From: Guillardia theta CCMP2712
Taxonomy: Eukaryota; Protista; Cryptophyta
Direction: 5' to 3'
Length of the DNA stretch: 33,418 bases
Assembly (NCBI RefSeq): GCF_000315625.1
Contig: NW_005434650.1
Span: 1-33,418, forward strand
Numbering within the stretch: the first letter of the stretch is position 1; the number at the start of each line of letters is the position of its first letter. The notes below the pieces were generated by a model that was given only the letters and a program-made list of their open reading frames with translations, ran no database searches and was not told the origin of the DNA. The translations under genes and the position numbers were made by a program. Positions 10,901-24,179 of the stretch are shown here, piece after piece.

Positions 10901-13900
10901 TACCGGGAGGCAAGGCTGGTGGACAACACCTTGTCGACCAAGTTAAAGGTGATGGAGAAGTTCACCTACAGTAGAGTTCAGTGGGGTCGATTGAGGGCAG
11001 GGTTTGAAAAAGTCAACCAGTCCAGTGACACCAGATCTGCAAGAACAATCACCCCATCGTTTGTCCAGCTGAAAGTTGTTCGTGGTGGGACAGAACTGGG
11101 CGGTAGGAACAGGTGAAGTCCCAAAGAAGGGATCATTCTTGGTGGTGTTGATACAGGAAGTTGTCAGAGCGCCATTCCATTGAAAGGGGAAGACGCAGGA
11201 GCTCTCCGTCGACTTTGTTCCGTTCACGAAGGTAGCCCTCCATTCGCAAGACTGGGGCGCGACGCATGTAACGGTGGAAGCGTCGATGAACGTCGTCGGC
11301 GAGTAGGAATTGATTCCAAACACACACCTAATGGAGAGTCAGGAGGTCCAGGCACACGGATGTTCGACTTCACCATGCAGGGCTCTGTGAAAACCTTGCT
11401 CCAAAAAGGGTGATCACTGTCCCACCCGACAAGGGGCCACCGGACGGCTTGATCGACGTCAACTCCGGCCTGCTCATGTCGTACTGATACACGAGAGACT
11501 GCAGGCAATCGTTAGCGACTGAAGAAAGAAAGTCACAGAAAGCCTTACACTCGGTGGCAACTGGTAAAGATTCAAACCAAGTTTGACGTTGATGTTACAG
11601 AGGAGTTCAGTAGTCGAGGTACACTGTTGGATCGGAAGGGTGACGTCGGATGCAGTGGTTGTTGCCGTGGCATGCATCTGAGACAAGGACGTGAAGTCGT
11701 ACGAGCTCACGTTGTATCGCATCAAAGGGGTTGTGCAGATTGTCTGGAAACAGTTGCATGCACACTTCAACGGGAACTCCCAGGCAGCGGGCATGACGCA
11801 TCGGACTTCGTTCGGATTGATGTAGATCGCTTTTCGAGAAACAGAACCAGTGGTAATGGTTCCATCTGTTATCATCGAAGCTGTGGTCGGGTAGAATAGG
11901 CATGACAGTTGAGGTACATCAACGAATCCTTGCCCGCGAATGAGGAGGGTACCGCCTCCTCCTCCTGAACCCGTCGACGGGAACAAGGTTTCGATGATCG
12001 GGTTGGCAAAGGTGAAAAACAGAGTGTTGGAATACTCCGCCGGTTCGCCGTTCAAGGAGACCGAGACCGAGACTTGACCTGTTGACGTCACAGTGGCCGG
12101 GGCCATACACATGAACGAGTCGATGACGGTTGATTTGACATACTTTGCGAGAACAGCTTGATTGCCGAACTTGCAGTAGATCTTCGCTGGCAAGGAAGTT
12201 GACGAGCCGCACCCTTCACTCGAAAGTACTCCGAGTGGGAGGGGGAGCTGTTCGTTAGGTCCAGGGCATCCTCTGTACTGATCGAACAAGTTGTTGCCAT
12301 CGACTTGCACCAATGTCGGTAAGCCAATGCTGGCAGCCTCTGGTTTCATACGCAAAATCTGTCAAGCTTGTCAAGACCATGCAAGCAACAGGTGAGAAGA
12401 CTTACGCTCGGTCGTTGATGAAACAAATAGTAAGCGTTTGACAGGGTGATATCGCCGGCATTCAAGAGATAACCAAAGCCATTCACAATGCCGTGGAGAA
12501 TCAGGCCGAGCTTCGCCCTTGGTCTCGCGGGAATGATGTCAGGAACAATCGCCGGGGCTTGACAAAGAGCCATGGTTTCGTTTACGATGGTTGCTCGAGT
12601 ATACTTATTCGGCACATTCCAACGATCTGCAACAGGAGCAATGCTCTGGTAGTCAAAAATACACCAGGCAAAGTTTGAATTGCTGCTATCACAAGGAATA
12701 GATGCTGTCTTGTTGCAAAAGTCTTTGCCGATAACTGTGATGTTCGTTTGAGCATCATAGATCCCGTTGGTGGGAGACACAGCAAGCACGCTAGGACGCG
12801 AGATGAAAAGAACATTAACATTCTGAGTTCCACTGTTTCCGACGAAAGACTTCGAATCGAGGGCAATGGAAACATACACCAAACTTGGATACTTGAGAAC
12901 AGGGCTGTGAATAGGGCACACAAGAAACGTAAAAAGTCACGAAAGTCTCAAAGAAGCATATGCAGTTCATACCTGGTGCAAGATATTGAATACAACCCTC
13001 CATTTAGGGCAAAATCAGCAGGGACAATCACAGTGCTGTTCGGCACGGCCTTGCAAACGCCCTGAATGCACAACATGGACTGGAATTTGCACATCGCCTG
13101 CACAACAAGGTCAACATCCATTAGCTCTCTTGCAAATCTGGTATACCAGAGCGAAGGAGCTATCCACAATCGTAACAACGTCGCAACCGTTGCAAGTCCC
13201 AGCGATCAGTTCTGGTCCGATGGTCACAACCACTTGGCTTCGCTTCTCGCAAGAAGCTTGCAGGCCGCACAGCGTGTTGGCTGCATCGGTGATAAGACCT
13301 GCTCCCGCACCGCAGTTGGCTCCGCAGTCCTTGAGGATCCTTGAAGGGCTCCAGCTGTAGATTACCGGGGAGCGGTAGAAGAGGATGCTAGAGTTGGATG
13401 GTCCGCTGTAATACTGACCTCCATCTGTGCTCAGTTGAACGATCGTGTTGACCGGCATCTCAGTGCACTCCCCCGCGAACAGGCAGTCTGCGATCGAGGT
13501 ACAGAACGTGCTGTCCTTGGGTCCTCCTCGACAGAAGCGCATCCGAGGCAGGATGAATCGAACAGTTGCAGGGCAGATGTTGGTGTCGCCAGTTGCCGTT
13601 GGGTTCAAGATGATGTTCGGGGCGAAACAGAAACTCATTGCGGCAACAGCGCTGGTGTAGTTCACAGGGCAGCAGGTGTTGGGGTTCATTCCCTCAGCCA
13701 GGCAGCAATCGTTGGGTCCTGTGGGGTTCTCATTCGTTGGAAGGCAATCATCCCTGGAGCAGTATCCGTTGAATTGTGCGCAAGTTCCCACGGCTCCAAT
13801 GACTGAGTGAATCTGCGCGGGTATCCTAGGAATGTCGACGCGAGCGTTTATGACCGCTATCGAAACCCTCAGCATGTTCAAGCTGTGCATCTTGACAAAG

Positions 13901-16900
13901 TCAAGACAAGCACTGTTCTCCACTGGGACCTTCTGAACTTTCTGGAAAGTGGCATCGACGTAGAGTTCTCTGATTTGTGTGTCATATAGATCGGAGTCAA
14001 CTGGAGCTGAATTCGAAGTCAGATAAGCCGTAGAGAACGGTCTGTGGAAGGTGAAACTCGACGTGTAGGTAGTGAACAGCATTTCAGAGACATCTGTGAT
14101 CGAGGTATCTGGTGAGAACTGAAGTGTGACTGTGGATGTCTCAGCAGCTCCTCGAGTGGGGAGGGTACATCTATATTGAGTATCGCTGATGAAAGTCGCA
14201 TCTCTCACGCAAGGACCTGGTTGTTGTCCTTGGATCGTCATACAGGGCATTTCTGGAAACCTGCACTTGGCAGGCCTCGAGGAGTCGAACGAGCTGCCCG
14301 TGATCGTAACAGAAACTTCCGTCTCAAACAGGCCGTAGAGCGGAAAGAATGACACAGATGCAGGAACTTGGAAAAGATTGAATGATACCCCATTGGGGGG
14401 CAAAAAGGACAGGCCGTTATCAAAGGATATTTGAACCTTCATCGTGACTTGGTAGTTGCCCTGGAAGACATCTGAAGTGCCTTGGAACGTTGCCGTGCCG
14501 ATGGTGAATCCAATCGAATCAGCGGATATTGCTCCAGGAGCCAATGAGTCTGCTGGTGATGTTTTTTTATAGGTCGAGTCACCATTGACGATTCTCACGA
14601 CGAAGGTAGTGCTCTGGAAGGTTGTGTATGGGCTGATCAAAGACGACAAGCCAGTTCCGAGCAGCACAGGTGAGACAGCAAAATAAGCCGGGATCTGTCA
14701 GAATGGAGGTCAGGAACACAGGAGAAGAGTACACGAAAATACAAACCTGACTGGGTTGCATAGTTTGAATGTTCACGTTGTACACAGTGAAGTACACGGT
14801 CTTGACAGGAGTCTCGGGCACCGTCAAAGGTGTATCACATCCAGATGGTCCTGTTCCCCCTTGGAAGTAGTTGATCTTGATTGGGAGAAATTGACTGTTG
14901 TGGAAAGAAATGCACGTGTGATAGTTTCCGGCTAGAAGGGAGGGAGTAGTACCCTTCATCTTGACAATGCCATCGCAAAATCCTCTATCCTCCACAAGAG
15001 TAAGAGGTACATCATGACCATTGGAGCAACAAGAGTCTGCATTGAGCGGGTCGCACACTCCTGGAGATAGGCGATAGATGATGTTGGTTGGCACCAGCAA
15101 AGATCGGTTGTACAAGAAACAATTGATTCCCGTGGTGTCACCTTTGTTGCAACTTGCAAGCTGTATGAACGTATTAAATGTTTCAGTTTTGTTCTCGCCT
15201 ATGAGCGTGTTCTTTGAGGTTCCGAATTGTGTCATGAAGGTATCCGCAAAAGATTCGAAAGTCTTGTCTAATACAACAGGAGCATCATAGAACGTCAGAT
15301 ACTTATTCAGTGCAGTCGTCCAGTCGTAACCATTGAAACTGATAGAAATAGCAAAGAATCCAGGACCTTGCACACTCGTGTGAGGCAATCGCACGGAGAG
15401 CGTGTCTGGAGAGATGAACATCGCATCGCACGAGACCCCCCCGGTTGCACACTGTAAATGCAAACATCAGCGAATTATGAAATCAGGGAGAAGTGAAATA
15501 CCGAATCCACGTTCGAAGCACTGAGCGAGCAGTTGCACGTTCCGCCGATCAAACAAGATTGGGTTGCACACTGGCTCAGCCGACATAGAGTTTGGTTTCT
15601 GAGCTGCGGATCGGTTGGAGCATTCTGCAAGCGAACAGTGAACGTCAAGTTTTCTTTGGCAGGCGAGTTTCTCGGATACACGTCAACTACTCCAACATCT
15701 TTCTGATAGCTCAAGTCGAAGTAGCGACCCTGGACACACGTCAGAGCAGCAGGTATCAGAGTCTTTCCATACCTTCAACGCACGTGAAGTTAAAGTTGTC
15801 TCCGGGTTCGACATCAACTGATTGCCTGAAGCGTCACAAGTTGAGAGCACGGTAGAGGAGCAATCCTTGAAGCTCCGTCGCATTGCAGCAATGCTGACTG
15901 TGCTGTTGAAGTACCGCGATGCCCCAGTTGGAAACAGCTGATTCAGAGGAGGAGCGGCGCAAGAGTAGCATCTGTCGACATCGGCACTGATGGGGTTGTT
16001 GCCTCCGCAGCAAGTTGCGCTTGTGACGGTTGCATTCCGCAAGTAGTACTTACTTCCAGTGTCAAATTGGAAATGGAATACGCAGACCAATTCAAAGGTG
16101 AAACCAACCCACTTCTTATAGGATCTCAAGCCAAAATTCAGACTTGTACCTCCGCTCTCCTTGGCGGTTACCGGAATGTAAGAAATCACATCCGGAGTGT
16201 ACGGGCACAGCTCTCCAGTAAATCCAAATTCAGAGGTCAAGTTCCGAAAGATTCCTTGCGAATCCATACATATACAGTTTGCACACCCGACCGATGAGCT
16301 GTACAGCTGGTAAGTATAGTTGAAGAGGATGTCCGCAGCATCTTTCAGATACAACTCGATGGCAAGAGATGGTGGTCCATAAAGCAGATCTTGAAGCTTC
16401 AGGGGATTCCATATTTGATAGGAGAGAGCCGTGACATCGTTGTTCACGGGCGTAGCAGAAACCACGGTAGAGCAAGACGATGGCGCTGTGCAGCCGGTGT
16501 AAGTCACCTTCAACATCAGCGAGTAACATGGGGAGGAAGAATAGCAGAGGTCCTTTCCAAAGATGGTCACGGTCTGATTCGCCCCCAGAATTCCTCCAGT
16601 ATATGGACTGATCGAAAGGATCGTAGGATCTCTGTAGTATCTGAAGAGTGGCTTGCCGTTGGGAGACGAATAGTCGATAACTTGTACCCCATTCAAGGAG
16701 ACATACATATCGAAACTTTGATCAGCAGTTCCAGGGGGGGTTGTACAAGTGACCTGAGTGCTACTGACATACTGAGCAGGTATGAAAACAGTAGTAGAGG
16801 ATTTCAGGACACAAGAAAGGTTCGCATAGTTCCCAAAGTTCGTCCCCACAAGAGTGATCTTTGAGCCACCTGACGCTCTTCCCAAACTCGGTCTGACCGA

Positions 16901-19900
16901 GCTCACGGTTGGATAATTTACGATGGGAATGGAGAAGAGGGTGGAAAAGAAATCGACCCCGTTGAAGCTGATATCCATCAGCACTGTATCAACCGACTTC
17001 CAAGCGTCCTGAATAGCCGGGAGCGTGCATTGAATTTCAGTATCAGAGATATTTTGTCCTGTATTGTTGCCTTCATTCTCGACCCCTTGCAGCTGCATCC
17101 ATTTATATCTACATGTGACGGGAAGACCCTGAAACCCTGTTCCCAAGAACTTCATTGTCACTGAATCGGCAGTTACTTGCCGTACGTATGGATTAGTGCT
17201 ACTTGTTATTATAGCACTGTACACGAGAAAGTCTTTGTTCCCAAAGTAGAAGAATGGGGGATTTGGGAAGCTTACTCCGACATTGAACTGTTGGCGCTGA
17301 GTGATGCTCTTGCCATTGCTGTCCTCCAAGGGGTTTGGTGTAACAAAGCTGATCAAGTTCGTTGATGCAAGGTACCCGTTGCTGATTGTTATATTTGCAT
17401 CAGTACGACCAAAAATGAGCTGGAAGTTGTTGAGATCGAATGCTCCAACGGAACACTTGTCTTTGGTAAGCTGCGTGTAGGAGAGATTAACCTGGTTTGT
17501 CTCCTGGCATATACTTTGAGACAGTATGAAGTTATCAGCAAAACTCAGAAGCACATTGAAGCGAGACCCCCCATCCACAGGCCCAAGGGACGGTGAAATC
17601 GACTGAACGTTGTAGTATCTCAACATAAGGAACTCGTCGGAGAAGTCAGCGCCGTTGAAACTGAGCCGGACCTTGTCTGAAACTGGAGTAGACTGTGCTG
17701 GCGCTGTACAGATAGTCTGCGTCGAGGATACGAATTTTCCAGGACTTATGACATCTCCAATCGAACAGAAAACGCTGTCAGTGCTCGTGAAGAAGTTTCC
17801 AAAGACTGTCACTTGGTTTCCCCCTGAGATTCCAGCAAAGGGGTTAGCAAGCTTCGATAGCTGAGGGTATGGATAAAAGAAGAAATTGGTGTGTGTGAGC
17901 GAGAGCTGGGAGTCATCCTGTCCTTGCCCATTAGGCGACAGGAAGAGAGAAGCCAACGTGGAGTATCCGAGCTTCGACCCATCACCGAGATCAGGTGTAG
18001 AACAGGTGACGAAGTTTGTGCTCCTGAAGGTAGCAAGCGTCTCTAGTCGCGTTCCTAAACTCTGTAGGGACCGATCAAACGAGAAAGATTTCAAGGTCTA
18101 CAGTTACCGTAATAAAGACGCAAGCCATGCCTCCTGTGTTTCTGAAGGTGCTTGCCTTGACGGCGAGATTCATAGGATTTGTGGCTACATGACCAAGAGG
18201 TTAGGAAACAAGGAGCTTTCAACTAGAACTATCCTCACCTTCCAACATGATCGTAGTCCCACCGCTGGCTGGGCCGAGAGAAGGGTACGCCGAAGCAACA
18301 CCGTAGGGCAGAATGTATTGGAAGGGGCTGTTGCCAACGTAAGATTGGCCATCGATGGCAAGCTCGGTAGGGAAGATGGCTTCCATCCCGATCTTGAGCT
18401 GAGGACTGCGCGGAAAACACGAATCAACATGAAAAGATATCTCTTGCAAGATTCAAAGATCACCTCCTACAGGTGATCACTGTATTGCTGAAGACTTGAA
18501 CTTGCCGTGAGACCTGTTTTGTGGAACTTACAATCTGAAAGAGCGGTATGAAATCGAAGAAATACCGCTGATCCAAAGCGGCATGAAGGCCATTGATTGA
18601 GTGTAGTTGGGCATGATGGAGAGGAAAAGTTATATCCGGTCAGAGTGATCCATGTACCTCCTGCAGCGCCAAAGTCAAACATTCTGAAAAGCGGAGCAGA
18701 AAAAGACAGCACCTCCAACAAATCCAGCAGAGGGTGTGATTGACACGAGGGTTGGAACAGGCACAGTATGAAAGAAGACTTTCGGCAACCCAGTCCTGGT
18801 CAGAAGGTGAGATACTTCGTTCTCAAGAGCAGCACCTCACATGTCGTGCCAGGGACCCTCGGTCGAGTCCCATTGCCCGTAGAAGTAATTCTAAGGTAAA
18901 TGTCAACAAACCGTATCCTTCGAGGCAGAAAGCAGGGACTTGTTACTGACCTGCCCTCCAATCGGAGGAAGGTACACCTTCAAGCAGGTTGGACAACCAA
19001 GACTGAGGCATATTAGGCAACAGAACAACTCAATAGTAGTTGAGTATACCTGCCGCATTCGCATGCATCCAAACTGAGGGAAAAATCTGTTGCTTCAAGA
19101 AAGATATCTTTGGGCGGAGCCGGACACTCCAGGGCTCCAGTCAAGCTGCTCGACTGATATGCGGGGGTATGGTATGCCCACCACTGAGTCAACTTGTCGT
19201 TCGATGTTGTACCAGTCGATTCTGCAACTCGACCGAACCTGAAGAACATGGTCAGATCGTCTTTCGTCCAAGCATCATGTAATAATTGACCTGCAATATG
19301 GCGTCAAAATCTGGTCGCTCAATGTTGGGATAATCAAATTATCTCCTTTCACAGTTACGATTGCTTTGCCAAGGACAGGAACGCAAACAGGATCGATGCT
19401 AAGGACGGCGTACGTGAAGAAGGTTGCTCCCACATTCTCAAACTGGTATCCATTCGAGCTCGTGTAAACCACGAGATTCTTGGCACGTTTCATCTGTGGC
19501 ACGGGACATTGGATAGTGGCGATGTTGATGAAGCTTCCTTGAGACTGACACTGATCATCCAGGGAAACAGGGTCATAGAACTGACAGGTGAAGATTCCAT
19601 TTTGCGGGAAGTATGAACCTGTGATTGTGATCTGCGATAACGGTAAGAGGGTGAGCGATTCAGGAGGGAGAACTCACTGTAGTTTGTCGGTTGATGTCTT
19701 GTGGGCCCCGATTCAAACCAATCGGGCGGAGCGGTGAATAACTAGGATTGAGCCTTTGAGTCTTCACCTCAGGGGTGTAATACTCAAAGTTGGCTGTACT
19801 TCCCTCGATGACTATGTCAGATCCACGGATCACTACCGATCCAGCCGTTGCGCCATCGATAGTGACACATTGCGTTCCCGCATAGTCGGCCTGAGGAGAC

Positions 19901-22900
19901 ATGCAGCTGAGCTTGTCTCCATCATTGTAATAGTCATAGAAATTTAGTTCCATCGGGGCCTTTCCAATCTTCCCATTCACACTTGCAATCTGCGCAGATC
20001 AATCAGTTAAGTTGGCTCAAGTAAGGTCTGCTGTCTGCTCAAACCAGCCATCCGTTGATTCCTCTTGGATCGCAAGGATTGCAGCCGTATACGATGACAT
20101 CGTCTCCGATCTTCGATCTCATCAGCAACCTTCATCGCACAATCTAACGAGTTTACCCTCAGGTCAAGAACCCCAGGAGTGTATTGGTAGAATCTTGACT
20201 CAGGAGTGTAATCCCGGACCACAGTCGCTCTCCAAACCTGTTACCTCAAGGTTAAAGATTGAAAGGACAAAAGATGGCTAGAATCTCACAATTTGGGTCG
20301 TTCGAACATCGACCTGCGGGTCGCTGCATGAGTGAAAGTTGCAGTACAAGGTTGTGCTGTTCGGAGCATTTTGCCAGTCCACGATAAGATTATTCCATGC
20401 GATTACTCTTTCCAACGCAGCGCCATTGAGTGTGATGGGTGTCATTCCCACTACTGGACCAACTTTGGGTGAGATGCTTGAGAGGGAGTAAGTTGGAGGC
20501 CTTGCGCAGTCTGTGTCCTCGTAACTGCAAATCACAAGTCAGGAGGAGCTTCTGTTTCAGCATGGTACATCATCACCTCAAACCATTCTGCACTGTACAA
20601 ATACAAACTTTGTTGGCACCGCTCGTTCCACAAATTCCTTTGTTGTTGCATTCGATCACTTCATTCTGTGGGCTGACTTTGCCGGGACATTTCGCAGTCT
20701 CGCAGTACTCCCCCACGTAGATCGCCGAGCGACCTCTGTCACACGTACAGACACCAGGACAGTCTGCCCCACCGCATGCGCCGGGTCCTCCTGAACAGAA
20801 ACCATGACCGCTACATGACATGTTGTTGAGACCTGTGGAAGATGCTCAGTCATGAAGATTCATGAGGCAAACAACTTCACCGCTGCAGACGGCTGGCCGC
20901 GAACAATTCATCCCACTCCATCCTTCATCGCAAATGCATCCCAACGAAGAACAAAGTCCATGACCCGAGCAGACCTGAATCGGCTTAGTGTAATCTCCAT
21001 TTTGGTAAATTCTGCTGTCTGCACACATATCAATCTCGCACTCTTCTCCTCTGTATCCTGCTTCACAATTGCAAAATCCACAGATACGTTTTCCCCTTCT
21101 GTTGCAATCAACAAGTATGGAACAGTCTGCGCCCTCAAAGTTCTTGTAACAAACACACGTTCCATTGTGCGTACAAGCTCCATGACCCGAGCACCCGGAT
21201 GGGCACAAGGAAATCTCACAGGCGCTTCCAGAATATCCTGCATCGCAGAAGCAAGTGCCATCGCTCTGGCAAACACCTCGAGATGAACAACCACTTGGAC
21301 ATGACAGTTTCGAACAGTCTTCTCCTGACCATCCAGGCGAACAAGCGCAAGATGTATTTGCGCAGATTCCATGACCAGAACAGCCAGCTGGGCAAAAGGT
21401 AATTGGTACACTGCAATCACTCGATGTGAACCCCTGATCGCAAATGCAGGTCTGGTTGGCACAAACTCCATGTCCGGTACAGTTGTTGAGGCATTTGAAG
21501 TCATACTGACACGAATCGCCCCACCAACCAGGATCGCACAAGCACGTACCCGATTGACACATGCCTCTCGCGTTGCAATCCATCGGACAAGACAACGAAA
21601 TAGATGATATTTGGATGGAACAGTCAATGCCAACGTATGAAACGTCACACAGACACATTCCATTGGCAGAACATGCTCCATGCCCAGAGCATCCCATGGG
21701 ACAGATCGATGTGGTATTGACTGCTGATGGGATGAGACCGTTGACTGGCATTGACAGCTCACAATATATTCCTGTGTAGCCAGGATCGCAAACACAGGTA
21801 GTGCTGTTAACGCACATCCCTCTACTTGTACAGTTCAGGTTGCAGCTGTCATAGACCATGGGTGTGTCGCAAATAATACCAACCCAACCTTGATCGCATA
21901 GACAAGTATTATTTTGTGTGCATGTCCCTCTGTTGCTGCAGTCTGCTGGGCATCCATTAGCTGATGCTAGACTGCAGTCTTGTCCAACCCAAGTAGGATC
22001 ACAATTACATGTGCCTGCCACCAACAAAGTTTAGAGGAATCATGACTAGAGCATGCATTTACCATTCTGACAGGCTCCATGTCCAGAGCAATTACCAGGA
22101 CATCCACCAGAGAGAATAGCGCTGGTATCGGTATACAAATTCAACAACATGTTTTCACAAAACATGCCTCCATATCTGCAGCAAGTAGCCGTCAGAACCG
22201 CAAATTTGCTCGACAGTGAAATAGGCTCCTCACCCGAATTCGCATGCACAACTGAAATTATTACCAGTCCCGACACACTGACCATGTCCACTGCAATTAG
22301 TGATACACGATCCCGTCATCTGTATGGGAGTACACGAACAACTGCCATTCGATCCGGAACCAACGTATCCAGCACTGCAGTTTTGGCTGCAAAGGAACAG
22401 CGAATCGACCAGGCTACAATCACCTCCGGTCCAACCCAAGTCACAGGCCTGCACAAACAAATTCATAAGCGTGAAGAGGCACATGAAATAAGATAGACTT
22501 ACGCAGACTCCGTTCATGCAAGATCCATGATATGAGCAGGATGACGGACAGGTATCGTTGGTTTGCCATTGAAGGGAACAGTCTGTTGAATACCATCCAG
22601 CTGTACACTCGCATACAGATCCATCAATACAAGCACCATGGCCACTGCAATTTCTTTGGCTGCGGGGGAATTACCAGAACATTACGGAAAGTTTCAAAGG
22701 AAATACCATGCAGTGGTAGTCAACTTTGCCATTTCGCATGCTACTCCCATCCACCCCATATCACAAAGACAAGAAGCATTCTGTCCAGCTTGTTTGATGC
22801 AACTCCTGCGCATTGTTCGAAGATCAGAAGAAGTCTCTTTCCTTGAAGATTTTGTTGCTTTACCCATGAATGCAAGGAGGAACGCAGGAGTCTATTATTT

Positions 22901-24108
22901 CACAGCTCGCACCCGTGTAACCCGATTGGCAACTGGAAATCAGGCCAGTCATAGGAAATCAAAACGTCAGCTTTTGACACTTGGCCTTTTATCCTTGTTC
23001 ATCACCGATACAAATAAACAGGATCATTCCTGACAAAGAACTTACATGCAATTTCCGCCGTCACACAACCCTCGGCCCGAGCAATCGTTTGGACAGAGTA
23101 TTGAGGAGCAGGAAGCTCCTGTATAATTTCCCACGCAAGCACACTTCCCATCAATACAAACACCATGACCTGGATAGCCGTCAGGAAAGGGTCTACACCA
23201 AACAGCATCGAAACCAACCAGAGCAATCGTCAGGGCACAGTGCCAGGGAGCAGTCCTCTCCTGTGAACCAAGGGGCACAATCGCAACGCTTCTTGACCTG
23301 GTTGCAAATGCCATTTCCAGCCTCGGCATTACACTTGTTCTTGCAGCTGAAAATATCGCAGGAGGTTCCTTCGTACCCCTCAAAACAAATACACTGGCCA
23401 TTTACACAATCTCCATTCAAGTTGCAGTTGCCGGGGCAGAGCTGAATCGAACATGTCCTCCCTTCCCAACCTGCCCAGCAGTGGCACTTTCCTGTCGTCA
23501 CATTACCTGATTCACAAAGTAACAGTCACGTGCATAATCAAGGCTATCAAGGTCAAATGATTCTTACAATCTCCGTGCCCGCTACAGTTCTTTGGGCAAA
23601 TCCCCACACTGCAATCCAAACCCGACCAGCCAGGTTCACATTGACAAATCCCTTCCGCGTCACAAACACCATTGATACAAACACCAGAGTTCCTACAAGA
23701 CCAGACTTCTGTGCAGTTTTCGCCCGTCCACCTGCATGGAGCCTTAGTCGTCGATTTCCCCATGATTGCGTGTTACCCGCTCTCACAAACGCATGTTCCA
23801 TTCAATCCGCAAGATCCATGAGGCCCGCATTGGCATGCATCAGACTGAGCCAAAAGTTTCCTCGTTGAAAAGCCGTCGCTCTGACATACTGTTGGGAAAG
23901 CGGTCAACTACAACCCTCTACCATAGCAGATTGACAAGAGCAGAAAAGTTTACGAGGTGACAGTATGCCCGCAGCAAGCAGTGCAGTCAACTAAGGTCTC
24001 ACCTTCCTCCTGTGCAGCATGAGATGTGTCGGGGAGAGCTGAGGTCAAGCATAACAGCAGCAGCAGCAGCAGCGGCGGCGGCTGCATGTTCCGCTTACTC
24101 CCCGCCAT
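1942..24108 (-). CDS. Giant multi-exon secreted/cell-surface protein: SP - EGF repeats - IPT/TIG repeats (+FN2-like) - PKD/REJ - GAIN/GPS - Cys-rich repeats (+SEA-like) - probable GPI signal
   Basis: Start ATG at 24108 or 24087 gives signal peptide [17 protein letters not shown]. Successive - strand ORFs carry extracellular domains and are separated by short GT-AG introns. I checked frame continuity by hand at most junctions from about 9120 down to the stop at 1942-1944. Continuity across 9200-23900 is inferred from domain context and not verified at every intron. Probably over 6000 aa. Confidence 0.8.
2100..5760 (-). other. Cys-rich tandem repeats (GCDGxxxSGKxxDxCGVCGGxxxxC) forming the membrane-proximal stalk
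   Basis: Examples: GCDGVEGSGKQYDMCGICGGDG, GCDGVINSGKKYDRCGVCDGNN, GCDGAVNSGRSVDACGVCGGNN. Confidence 0.85.
2680..2727 (+). repeat. (GAG)n microsatellite in an intron of the giant gene
   Basis: Directly visible. Confidence 0.9.
5815..6900 (-). other. GAIN domain ending in a polycystin-1-type GPS motif
   Basis: A helical region and a beta region end in CGYWDNVTAKWKTD...ITCRTPHATTFAAV (5815-5943). It has two Cys only, as in the human PKD1 GPS. Predicted cleavage HA|T between 5842 and 5841. Confidence 0.85.
6930..8700 (-). other. PKD-like/REJ module
   Basis: 'PVAEIVGGNRTVSYVDDLILDGTNSYNPN...LTYCWSC' and 'NKPPSLGDFIVSPALGIALSTSFQFSAPFWVDEDLPLSIEFG...LPKG...VTDALGA' are characteristic of REJ domains. 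Confidence 0.85.
9380..20490 (-). other. Array of IPT/TIG (plexin/fibrocystin-type Ig-like) domains with Cys-rich inserts
   Basis: Repeated 'S(I/V)xPxxGxxxGGTx(I/V)T(L/V)xGxNF...CxF...AxxxSxTx(I/V)xCxxP...(V/I)SLNG' motifs, e.g. SSVRPSLGRASGGSKITLVGTNF and SISPKVGPVVGMTPITLNG. Confidence 0.9.
11045..11240 (-). other. Fibronectin type II-like module
   Basis: SCVFPFQWNGALTTSC...FCPTTNNFQLDKRWGDC matches the FN2 consensus CxFPFxxxGxxxxxC...WCxTTxNyxxDxxWGxC, with F in place of the usual W. Confidence 0.8.
20500..23870 (-). other. Array of about 30 tenascin/teneurin-type EGF-like repeats
   Basis: Repeated CPxxCSGHGxCxxGxCxCxxGWxGxDCS pattern in ORFs 20846..22027, 23193..23501, 23042..23401 and 20573..20821. 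The count is approximate. Confidence 0.9.
24003..24108 (-). other. First exon with signal peptide; poly-Leu encoded by (CTG)n
   Basis: [35 protein letters not shown] followed by donor G|gtgaga. Confidence 0.75.
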
Positions 24109-24179
24109 GACCCATCCGCGCCCCTTCGACCACAAGTGATCAGGATATTGACTACAAATATCCGTTGTCAATTTATTCC

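Noticed and set aside
20500-23870. Calling the giant gene teneurin or tenascin
   Set aside because: Only the EGF type is shared. I saw no YD/NHL repeats, FN3 array or fibrinogen globe.
3172-23960. Numerous + strand ORFs opposite the giant gene
   Set aside because: Shadow ORFs with no motifs. Domain signal and splice sites are all on the - strand.
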